A stretch of 64,000 bases of DNA from an uncultured delta proteobacterium (GTDB lineage: Bacteria; Myxococcota; Kuafuiibacteriia; Kuafuiibacteriales; Kuafuiibacteriaceae). Below are positions 38,708 through 47,759 of this stretch, piece after piece. Position 1 is the stretch's first letter. Each line of letters opens with the position of its first letter. The stretch lies in contig CAWDML010000009.1 in the NCBI GenBank assembly GCA_963803435.1, positions 96,001 through 160,000 on the forward strand. Reading direction: 5' to 3'. Both the position numbers and the translations under genes were made by a program. The notes beneath the pieces were generated by a model. It was not told the DNA's origin and searched no databases. It saw only the letters and a list, made by a program, of their open reading frames with translations.

Positions 38708-38725
38708 GTACGACAAACGTCGTAC
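38708..38725. promoter_or_regulatory. Palindromic putative operator GTACGAC-N4-GTCGTAC upstream of the Fic gene
   Basis: Perfect 7-bp inverted repeat in the lower-GC intergenic region 38430-38896. Confidence 0.3.
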
Positions 38726-38896
38726 GCCTGTTCGGAGCACTCCACCGCCGACGTTCCACTGTTTCCCCGCGCACCCCGAAAGCTATGGGTTTGTGGTGCG
38801 GATTCCCAGGTTTCGCCACATGAAGCGACCCGAAATTTTTTTCATTTTTTTCGGGTTGAAGTTCGATCTCGGCGCCTCGGTTGGGCGCAGCCGACC

Positions 38897-39814
38897 TCAG
38901 ACGGAGGTCAGCCAGCTCTCATGCTTCCGGTTCTCACCGCGGACCACCTGGAAGAACGAGCGTTGCACCCGCTCGGTGATGGGACCGCGTGCCCCGCCTC
39001 CGATCGTGCGCCCGTCGATCTCGCGCACCGGCGTCACCTCGGCGGCGGTACCGGAGAAAAAGATCTCGTCGGCGAAGAAGAGATCGCTGCGCGTCAGCAT
39101 TCCTTCCTCGACGTCGATGCCCTCGTCGTGCGCGAGCTCGATGACGGTGTCGCGGGTGATGCCTGCGAGGATCGAGGTGCCGTACGGCGGTGTGTAGATC
39201 TTGTTCTTGCGGACGATGAACAGATTTTCGCCGGTTCCCTCGGTCACGTAGCCCTGCTGGTCGAGCAGGATCGCCTCGACGTAACCGTTGCGCTTGGCGT
39301 CGCGCTTCGCCAGCACGCCGTTCACGTACTGGCCCACGATCTTCGCCTTCACCAGGTTTGCGCCCACGCTCATGCGCGAATAGTTCGACATGCACACGCG
39401 CACGCCTTGCTCGAGCGCCTCCTGCCCGAGGTATGCGCCCCACGGCCAGGCGGCGATCGCGACGTGCACGACGTTGTCGGTGGAGCCGACCGAGAGCGAG
39501 CCCTCTCCCAGCCACACCAGCGGACGGATGTAGCAATCCGCATACTGATTCTCGCGGATCACGGCGAGGATGCCTTCACAGATCTGCTGGACCGTGTACG
39601 GGATGTCGATCGTGGCGGCGAGGCACGACTTCATCAGCCGCTCGACGTGATCGTGCATGCGGAACACCGCGGGGCGGCCGCTCTTCGTCTTGTAGCAGCG
39701 GATCCCCTCGAAGGTTCCGAGCCCGTAGTGCAGCGTGAAGCTCAGGACGTGCGTGGTGGCCTTCTCGTAGTCCACCATCTCGCCGTCCATCCAGATCCGC
39801 TTGGTATCGACCAT
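38897..39814 (-). CDS. ilvE: Branched-chain amino acid aminotransferase
   Basis: IWMDGEMV...A..HVL..TLHYG.G.FEGIR, YIRP, AK..GQYVN, EGTGEN.F, IL.GITR and GTAAEVTP. Confidence 0.96.
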   Translation of the reverse strand: MVDTKRIWMDGEMVDYEKATTHVLSFTLHYGLGTFEGIRCYKTKSGRPAVFRMHDHVERLMKSCLAATIDIPYTVQQICEGILAVIRENQYADCYIRPLVWLGEGSLSVGSTDNVVHVAIAAWPWGAYLGQEALEQGVRVCMSNYSRMSVGANLVKAKIVGQYVNGVLAKRDAKRNGYVEAILLDQQGYVTEGTGENLFIVRKNKIYTPPYGTSILAGITRDTVIELAHDEGIDVEEGMLTRSDLFFADEIFFSGTAAEVTPVREIDGRTIGGGARGPITERVQRSFFQVVRGENRKHESWLTSV

Positions 39815-39870
39815 CCGCTCCATCGATCCGGGTTGGCCCCCGATGGTCAACCATTCTTTCGAGAGACGGC

Positions 39871-41307
39871 TCAGAGGGGCGGTAGAGGCTCGAGCATCTT
39901 CTGGATGAAGGGTGCCTCTTTGAGGAACTCCTCCCGTCCATTCTTGATGGCGAGCTCCAGGCTGCGGAGGCGGGGCACCAGCGAGGTCGGGGACAGCACG
40001 CGCCGATACGTGAAGAGCAGATGGGCGAAAGGTGCGTCGCGCGACACATTCTCCGCCGCGATGCGTTGCAGCGGGAGGAACAGCATGTTGCGGCCGATCT
40101 GCGGCGCGAAGCAGTCGAGCCCGAGGACGAAGGCGTTCCGCGTCTTGATCCCGCCCGACTGCACGTGCTCCCACGCGAAGCGCGCAGGGACGTTGGACGA
40201 GATCCCGCCGTCGGCGAGCGCGTCGACGTTGTGAGTGGAGAGGATCTGCTGCACGAGCGCGTGCATGCGCGGGTCCTCGCGATGGATGTCGTACTGGATC
40301 ACCGCGGGAACCGAGGCGGAGAAGCCGACGGCGTCGAGGACGTCGAACTGGCGGGTGGCTTCGTCGATCCCGAGCGCGATCGGTCGGAGCGCACCGGCGG
40401 TCGCCATCAGCCGCGACAGGAAGACGGCCATGTTCTTCACCAGGTCCTTGAGGTGGAGCAGCCGGCCGAGCGCACCGCGCCGCAGCTCCTGCCGGAACAT
40501 GGCCTCGTAGTCCTTGACCTCCTGCGCCAGCGAACGCTGCACGCCGGTCACCACCACGATGAACGGGATCGGAAGATCGCCGATGCGCATCCCTTCGCCG
40601 TCGTCGCGCGTGAAGAAGCGGGCCAGCGAGGTGCGGAGATAGAGGCGGAGCGTGCCGGGCATCGCGTAGCGACAATCGGTGTCGAGGATCCGGAAGAGCC
40701 GCTTGAAGGTGAGGCCGTGCGTCACGGCGCGCACCGTGGAGTCGCGGAAGTGAGGCTCGCGTGCGCGAAACGATCCGAGGATGGAGCCGATGCTGCTGCC
40801 GATGATCAGCTTGGGCTGGAGCGCCAGTTGCTCGAGCACACTGAAGACACCCAGGTGCACATAGCCACATCCACCGCCGCCGCCGACCGCCATCACGAGC
40901 GCTTTCTCGGAGAGCTCGCGATCGAGATCGCTCTTGGTGAGGCGGCCGAGGTGCGCGTGGAGGACCTCCTCCTTTTCGGCCTTGAGCAAACCGGCGAGCT
41001 GATCGGCGTCATTGGCGAAGTCTCGAGGATCGAGATCCGCCTGCTTTCCCATCGCCTCCGCGAGTGGACGCAGCCGATCTCGGAACTGACCGAGCTGTGG
41101 TCCGACGACACACTCGGCACCACCACCGTTGATGATCCAGCAGCGCGCGAGGTTGAGGCTCTGCCTCAGGATGATCTCGTGCGTGCGCCCGATTCGATCG
41201 GGGCGCTTCACCAGACCTCGAACGAGCGACGTCTCGGCGCGATCGAAGGTCCGGAGCTGCCGATACCTTTCGGCCAGATCTGGTCGCACGTCGGGCGGGA
41301 TCGCCAA
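39871..41307 (-). CDS. Patatin-like phospholipase
   Basis: GGGGGCGYVH, GSSIG nucleophile elbow, SAS.P and DGG...NVP. Confidence 0.88.
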   Translation of the reverse strand: MAIPPDVRPDLAERYRQLRTFDRAETSLVRGLVKRPDRIGRTHEIILRQSLNLARCWIINGGGAECVVGPQLGQFRDRLRPLAEAMGKQADLDPRDFANDADQLAGLLKAEKEEVLHAHLGRLTKSDLDRELSEKALVMAVGGGGGCGYVHLGVFSVLEQLALQPKLIIGSSIGSILGSFRAREPHFRDSTVRAVTHGLTFKRLFRILDTDCRYAMPGTLRLYLRTSLARFFTRDDGEGMRIGDLPIPFIVVVTGVQRSLAQEVKDYEAMFRQELRRGALGRLLHLKDLVKNMAVFLSRLMATAGALRPIALGIDEATRQFDVLDAVGFSASVPAVIQYDIHREDPRMHALVQQILSTHNVDALADGGISSNVPARFAWEHVQSGGIKTRNAFVLGLDCFAPQIGRNMLFLPLQRIAAENVSRDAPFAHLLFTYRRVLSPTSLVPRLRSLELAIKNGREEFLKEAPFIQKMLEPLPPL

Positions 41308-41405
41308 CGATCGGAAAATACGGCCCGGTCCGGGGCCGTCGCAACCGAGGGGAAAGCGAGGGTGGGCCGCTGCACGGGCCGAGGTTATGCTGGCCGGCGC
41401 TCGGC

Positions 41406-42503
41406 ATGAGCACGGCGATCCTCCCAGATGATTCGGTGGTCGTGCGGATGCCCACCCATACGGTGCACGTCGACGCGACGGGCCGCGCCATCCACGTCCG
41501 CGAGCCGTCCCCGAGCCAGCAGCTCGGCGGGATCATCCGGGCCAGCTTCCCGATCGAGTCGGCCGATCGGATCCGGCTGATGACGGCCCGGACCGGCAAG
41601 CAGCACCTGTGTCTCGACCTCTCCTCGGGCGAGACGCTCGATCTCGGGGAAGTCCCGTCGCCGGACGTGGCGATGGTGACGGCCCGGGCGATCGCGGATC
41701 TCACGCGGTGCAAGATCGAAGTGACCCAGGGGACGGTCTCGCGTCTTCCGGGGCCGTCGTCGCGGTTCACCGAGGGCGAGACCTTCTCGCAGCCGAATCA
41801 GCGTCCGTCGCTGGCGATCTCACCGGAGCACGCGGAGCAGATGTTCCAGGTGATCGAGGCTCTGATGGACTCGCAGGACGGCGCGCAGCTGGTGCCCGGC
41901 GATACGCGCACCGTGGAGATGACCCGGGAGGAGGCCGACCGGGCGATGGCCCGGGCCAAGGCGAAGTCGGTGCTGGAGCAACCGGCGGCGGTCCGGGTGC
42001 TCCCGTCGGAGCTGGAGGAGGACGAGAGCGATCGTCCCACCATCACGCCCCGATCGTCCTCCAACTTCGAGGACAACGAGAGCTCCACCGATCGGGAGCG
42101 CGCGATCGAGGAGCTCGGGGTCGACGGGCTGGCGGCCACGATCGCGGACGCGAAGATCGACGATCTGATGATCGAGCCGCCGCGCCGCGAGTGGGCCACG
42201 CACGAGGACTCGGCCGCGTCGACCCAGCCCGATACACCCGTCCCGGAGGAGCTCCTCGATGAGTTCGTGGAGGAGACAGAGCTCGACTCGAGCATGATCC
42301 GCGCCCGCGAGCCGGTCTTTCAGCAGCTGCTCAGGGAGTCGCAGATCGCGGCCGCGATGTCGCCGGTCTCGGGTGACCATCCCACCGATCTCCACGTGGC
42401 CGCACGGCCCAAGGCCGAATCCAGGCGCGAGGCGGTGATCGAGATGCTGCGCGCGACGGTGGAGTCGCTGCCCGAGGCGACCTCGTCGATGGCCGAGGAA
42501 TGA
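41406..42503 (+). CDS. Hypothetical protein with a small N-terminal beta domain and an acidic disordered C-terminus
   Basis: Long ORF with GC3 bias, divergent from the patatin gene. Confidence 0.7.
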   Translation: MSTAILPDDSVVVRMPTHTVHVDATGRAIHVREPSPSQQLGGIIRASFPIESADRIRLMTARTGKQHLCLDLSSGETLDLGEVPSPDVAMVTARAIADLTRCKIEVTQGTVSRLPGPSSRFTEGETFSQPNQRPSLAISPEHAEQMFQVIEALMDSQDGAQLVPGDTRTVEMTREEADRAMARAKAKSVLEQPAAVRVLPSELEEDESDRPTITPRSSSNFEDNESSTDRERAIEELGVDGLAATIADAKIDDLMIEPPRREWATHEDSAASTQPDTPVPEELLDEFVEETELDSSMIRAREPVFQQLLRESQIAAAMSPVSGDHPTDLHVAARPKAESRREAVIEMLRATVESLPEATSSMAEE

Positions 42504-42524
42504 GCTATCGTCGTTGTTCGTCCC

Positions 42525-43130
42525 ATGACGCCGACGATCATCACCACCGCAACGATTCTCGTGGCATTGGCGAGCACGCCGTACGAGCGGATCAAGGAGA
42601 GCGCGCAGACCGTGGCGAACCTGGGCCGGTTCCTCGAGGAGTACGTCGGCGACTGTGCCTACGACGATCCCAGGTTTGACAAGACGGGTTGCGAGAAGAA
42701 GGCCGAAGAGGCGCGGAACCGCTATCGCGGTCACGCCATCGTGTTCGAGGTCGATGCGGAGAGCCAGCAGCTGCACGTCGCCGAGTTCGACAAGAGCCGG
42801 CAGATGTTCCGCGTGCACTTCACGCCGTTCTTCTCGGAGCGCGCGCTGGGCCTCTCCGTGGGACGTCCGTCCCGCTTGACTCCAGAGGGATACCCGGTGG
42901 TCAAGAACATCCCGATCTGGGTGAAGCTGCCGAAGGACCAACAAGAGTTCATCTTCCGTCGCGACCTCGAGCGCGGGTTGGTGAAGCTCGAGTTGGTGGT
43001 GAAGCCGCAGCGAACATGGACGTTGAAGTCCAAGTCGGGCGAGCTCGTGCGCGGCGCCGAGGTGGCGCTGGCGGGCGTTCGGGTGTATGGAAATCGCGGA
43101 AGCGACGTGCTCGCGGAGCAAACCTACTGA
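42525..43130 (+). CDS. Secreted myxobacterial conserved protein (DUF6066-like)
   Basis: Signal peptide. A..V.NLG.FLE.YVG.C......C and TPFF....L..GRP..L...G.PV. Confidence 0.6.
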   Translation: MTPTIITTATILVALASTPYERIKESAQTVANLGRFLEEYVGDCAYDDPRFDKTGCEKKAEEARNRYRGHAIVFEVDAESQQLHVAEFDKSRQMFRVHFTPFFSERALGLSVGRPSRLTPEGYPVVKNIPIWVKLPKDQQEFIFRRDLERGLVKLELVVKPQRTWTLKSKSGELVRGAEVALAGVRVYGNRGSDVLAEQTY

Positions 43131-43131
43131 G

Positions 43132-43773
43132 ATGAACAAGCCGAAGGATCCACGGGAAGCCTTTCGCGCAGCCCTCGAGGATAAGGCGGTGCTGAGCGCG
43201 GCCCGCGCGATCCAGAAGGACGAGCACGAGCCTTCGCTGGCCCAGATGCTGGAGCTCGGTCGTGCCCTCTCGTCCGCCTGCGGCGCGACCGACACCGCGT
43301 CGATGTTGGAGGCGGAGCTGATCGGCTATCAGGAGGCGGAGGTCGAGATCCCGCCGGAGCGCAAGGCGATCGGGTTCGCCAGCCCGTTTCCGGTCCGCGC
43401 GCTCGACCTGGGGCTCCTCGATCCGGAGGAGATCTTCCTCGCCAACCGGGAGAAGTTCTCGCAGGTCACGCTGACGATCGGGCAGCCGATCGAAGAGCTT
43501 CAGGCGGCGCTGGCCCAGATCCGTCAGGGCGGGGTGCTGGCGCTGAAGGTCCCGGCGCATGAGATCACCGGCGAGTCCGCCAACACCGACGAGGACACCG
43601 AGGTCTTCATCTACATCCTCCCGCGTGAGATCCAGCGGATCGTCGACTCGGCCCGGGCGCGTGCGCTCGACGCGGTGATCGATCGGATCGTGGAGGGCTG
43701 CACCGGCGAGAAGAGCCGGCTCAAGCGGCCGCGGGCGCTGAAGCCCGTGCGGAGCGCCGACTCCACGACGTAG
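43132..43773 (+). CDS. Hypothetical protein resembling the AbiTii domain
   Basis: SL..ML.....L..........L.AEL.GY......IP..R ... IGQPIEEL ... I.RIVD..R pattern. Confidence 0.55.
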   Translation: MNKPKDPREAFRAALEDKAVLSAARAIQKDEHEPSLAQMLELGRALSSACGATDTASMLEAELIGYQEAEVEIPPERKAIGFASPFPVRALDLGLLDPEEIFLANREKFSQVTLTIGQPIEELQAALAQIRQGGVLALKVPAHEITGESANTDEDTEVFIYILPREIQRIVDSARARALDAVIDRIVEGCTGEKSRLKRPRALKPVRSADSTT

Positions 43774-43857
43774 GCCTGGCCGTTGTCGGCGACGTGAAGT
43801 GCCTGGTCGTTGCGGCTCGGCGATCGGATTTGCGCCGAGGGGGCGCGCTCGGCTCCC

Positions 43858-44014
43858 GGCGAGGGGAAGGATTGCGTCCAGGGGGACCGGCTCAAGGGCG
43901 GCCGCACTTCGAGAGGCGGTCGGTGAGCCTCGGTGGGGCCCCGAGTGCGGCCTCACTCACGAGCGACGGTCGCCTTCCCCCAACTTCCCTCTGGACACAA
44001 CCCTCCCCGTCGCC
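43858..44014. ncRNA. Candidate structured intergenic RNA (about 157 nt)
   Basis: Nested complementary segments: 43858-43886 with 43985-44014 (about 28 bp), GACCGGCTC with GAGCGACGGTC, GGCCGCACT (43900-43908) with AGTGCGGCC (43944-43952), and GAGGC with GCCTC. Confidence 0.5.
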
Positions 44015-44223
44015 TCCGCCTTCGACCTGAGGTGGTGCCAACCGATTCTCGACGTGGTGTTGGTCCGTGTATCGCTGAGCTCGTCCGGGAGCCCGGTCGA
44101 AACGGTCATGTCGAAGAGGGTGAGCAGCGTCGGAGTTGCGTGAGCGTCTTCCGCCTGCTCTCAGATATCGACCCGCTCAAGACGCGGGCTTTTACGCGCT
44201 GCTGCGGGTCGCACTTCGAGGGC

Positions 44224-44982
44224 TCACATCCCCGGCGCGACCAGCGTCTCGAGCGTGCCCTTCTCGTACGTCTTCGGCGCCGCGAAGGTGTCCGGCTGCG
44301 CCTTGAACGCCTTCACGTCCTTGATGTTCGTGGTGGAGACCATCTGCTGGCCGCCCATCTTGTCGCTGCGCTGCGTCCGCACGGGAAAGCCGGGGAGCTG
44401 GAAGAGGGCCTGGGTGGGGGTGGCGTTGCTGGCGCCCTTCTTGGCCATCCGCTGGGCGAGGGCGGAGCTCTCGGCGAGGAACGTCTTCATGTCGACGGGC
44501 ATCTTCTGCGCGATGCAGGCCTCGTTGTCGCCGAAGTCGTCGCTCCAGGTGACGACCTCGCAGGCGTAGCCGTTGACCGTCTCCTTCTTGCCCGTCTTCT
44601 TCACGTCGGGGCGGGCGGGGGCCTTGCCGGCCTTCTCGAGCTTGGCGATCTGGGCCTCGGCCATCTTGCGCTGCGGCTCGGGGAGCTGGGCGATGCTCGC
44701 CTTCATCTTCTCCAGGATCTTGCTCTGGAGGGCGATCACGTCGTCGAGCGAGGCTGCGGCGTATCGCTTCTGGGTGTGGTCGATGAAGAGGAAGTGGTCG
44801 GTCTTGAACTCGAGGACGTAGGAGCGTTGACCGGCGTCGATGCGGAGGTGTCCGGAGTCATAGAACAGGTGGGCCTCGCTCTCGGCGCCCGCCTGGCCGG
44901 CGCTGCTCACCTGGACGGCGGTCCATCCCGCGAGCGCGCGAGAGGGGACGAAGAGGAGGAGGGCCAGCGCGAGGCTTCGCAT
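44224..44982 (-). CDS. Secreted DUF4412-like protein
   Basis: Signal peptide. LRID......DH..K.Y, KTGKKETVNGY.CE and F..P..Y.K. Confidence 0.8.
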   Translation of the reverse strand: MRSLALALLLFVPSRALAGWTAVQVSSAGQAGAESEAHLFYDSGHLRIDAGQRSYVLEFKTDHFLFIDHTQKRYAAASLDDVIALQSKILEKMKASIAQLPEPQRKMAEAQIAKLEKAGKAPARPDVKKTGKKETVNGYACEVVTWSDDFGDNEACIAQKMPVDMKTFLAESSALAQRMAKKGASNATPTQALFQLPGFPVRTQRSDKMGGQQMVSTTNIKDVKAFKAQPDTFAAPKTYEKGTLETLVAPGM

Positions 44983-45040
44983 CGGCGGGCGGTATCACGA
45001 GCTTGCCCCCGACGCCATCGACTTGATAAGGCGTCGCGCG

Positions 45041-46084
45041 GTGAAGATCGCACTCGTCGGTTTCCGAGGCAGCGGTAAGACGAGCGTGTTCAACGCGCTC
45101 ACGGGGCAGACCGCGGACACGGGCCTGGGAAAGAAGAGCGCGAACCTGGGGCGGATCCAGGTGCCCGACGACCGGGTCGACGCGCTGAGCGCGATGTATC
45201 ACCCGAAGAAGACCACCTACGCAGAGATCGCGTTCATCGACGTGGCCGGACCGGAGGGGGAGTCCAAGTCGGGGCTCGAGGCGCAGCTGGTGGCGCAGGT
45301 CCGGGAGGCCGAGGCGCTCGTTCACGTGGTGCGTGCGTTCGAGAACGCGGCGCTCAACAAGGATCCCGATCCGGTCGGGGATCTGGCCGCGTTCGACGAC
45401 GAGCTGATCCTCACGGACCTGGTGCAGGTCGAGAAGCGCGTGTCCCGCCTCAAGAAGGAGGGCAAGCGCACGCCCGAGCTGGAGCAGCTGGAGAAGATCG
45501 AGGCGCACCTCGAGTCCGGTCAGGCGCTGCGACGCATGAAGATGGAGGCCGCCGAGGTGCAGGTGATCGCGGGGTTTGCGTTCCTCAGCCTCAAGCCGCT
45601 GCTGGTGGTGTTGAACCAGAGCGAGGAGAAGATCGGGAAGCCGCCGTCCCCGGAGGTGCTCGCGAAGGCGGAGGAGCGGAACCTCGAGGTCGTCGCGATG
45701 TCCGCACCGATGGAGGCGGAGATCATGGCGATGGAGCCCGACGATCAGAAGGTGTTCCTCGAGGACCTCGGCCTCACGGAGCCGGTCCGCACCCGGTTCA
45801 TTCACGCCGCGTACCGGATGCTCGACCTGATCAGCTTCCTCACGGTCGGTGAGGACGAGGTCCGGGCCTGGACGATCGAGCGGGGGACCCATGCGCGCGC
45901 CGCCGCCGGCAAGATCCACAGCGATCTGGAGCGCGGCTTCATCCGCGCCGAGGTGACCGCGTCTTCGGACTTTCTCGAGCTGGGGAGCGAGGCCAAGGTG
46001 CGGGAGGCCGGCAAGCAGCGCCTGGAGGGGAAGGAATATGTGGTCCAGGACGGGGACATCATGCACATCCGCCACAGCGGCTGA
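45041..46084 (+). CDS. ychF: Redox-regulated ATPase YchF
   Basis: LVG..GSGKT.VFNALT, VPDDRVD.L, DVAG, LVHVVRAF, LISFLTVGEDEVRAWTI, AAGKIHSDLERGFIRAEV and RLEGKEYVVQDGDI. Confidence 0.95.
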   Translation: MKIALVGFRGSGKTSVFNALTGQTADTGLGKKSANLGRIQVPDDRVDALSAMYHPKKTTYAEIAFIDVAGPEGESKSGLEAQLVAQVREAEALVHVVRAFENAALNKDPDPVGDLAAFDDELILTDLVQVEKRVSRLKKEGKRTPELEQLEKIEAHLESGQALRRMKMEAAEVQVIAGFAFLSLKPLLVVLNQSEEKIGKPPSPEVLAKAEERNLEVVAMSAPMEAEIMAMEPDDQKVFLEDLGLTEPVRTRFIHAAYRMLDLISFLTVGEDEVRAWTIERGTHARAAAGKIHSDLERGFIRAEVTASSDFLELGSEAKVREAGKQRLEGKEYVVQDGDIMHIRHSG

Positions 46085-46093
46085 GGAGACAAC

Positions 46094-46660
46094 ATGAATC
46101 GCACCTACGTCACGCTGAGCCTCGCGCTTCTCTTGGCGTCGCCCGCGGTCGCTTCGGCGCAGCAGCACGAGATCTATTTCCATCAGACCGGCGCGCTTCT
46201 TCAGTATGGGGAGGCCGAGACCAAGATCCTGTACGCAGCTATCACCGCCAAGGAGTTCGATCCCGAGGCGACCAAGCGGACCGTCGAGGAGCTCGAGCGC
46301 ACGCTGGGCTCGGCGAAGGGCATGGTCGATCGGGTGCAGGCGCTCCTGCCGGAGGGCCTGGCCAGCGTCGAGCCCGACCTGGTCAAGCTCCGGGAGCAGG
46401 TGAAGGCCGCCGAGGACCAGCTCCGCAAGCTCGCGACCGACATCGAAGAGCAGACCGGGAGCAAGGAGGGCGACGAAGAGCCCGAGCTCGACGAAGAGGG
46501 GAAGCAGACGCCGCAGCGCGACTGGGATCTGTTGAAGAAGGGTTGCGGCTGGCTCTGGATCGATCTGAGCACCGCCAAGGGCAGCTACGCGAAGCTGGCG
46601 CTGCGGCTCAAGGTCAAGCCCGTGAAGCTGATCCCGAAGCCCTCGGGAAAGCGGCAGTAG
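46094..46660 (+). CDS. Secreted alpha-helical hypothetical protein
   Basis: GAGGAG RBS, signal peptide ending in ASA, helical bundle. Confidence 0.8.
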   Translation: MNRTYVTLSLALLLASPAVASAQQHEIYFHQTGALLQYGEAETKILYAAITAKEFDPEATKRTVEELERTLGSAKGMVDRVQALLPEGLASVEPDLVKLREQVKAAEDQLRKLATDIEEQTGSKEGDEEPELDEEGKQTPQRDWDLLKKGCGWLWIDLSTAKGSYAKLALRLKVKPVKLIPKPSGKRQ

Positions 46661-47753
<1,093 letters not shown>

Positions 47754-47759
47754 CGCGCT

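Noticed and set aside
43858-44014. Definite call as 6S, SRP or group II intron RNA
   Set aside because: The SRP and domain V signatures are missing and the usual zapA-linked 6S context is absent. Kept only as an unnamed candidate.
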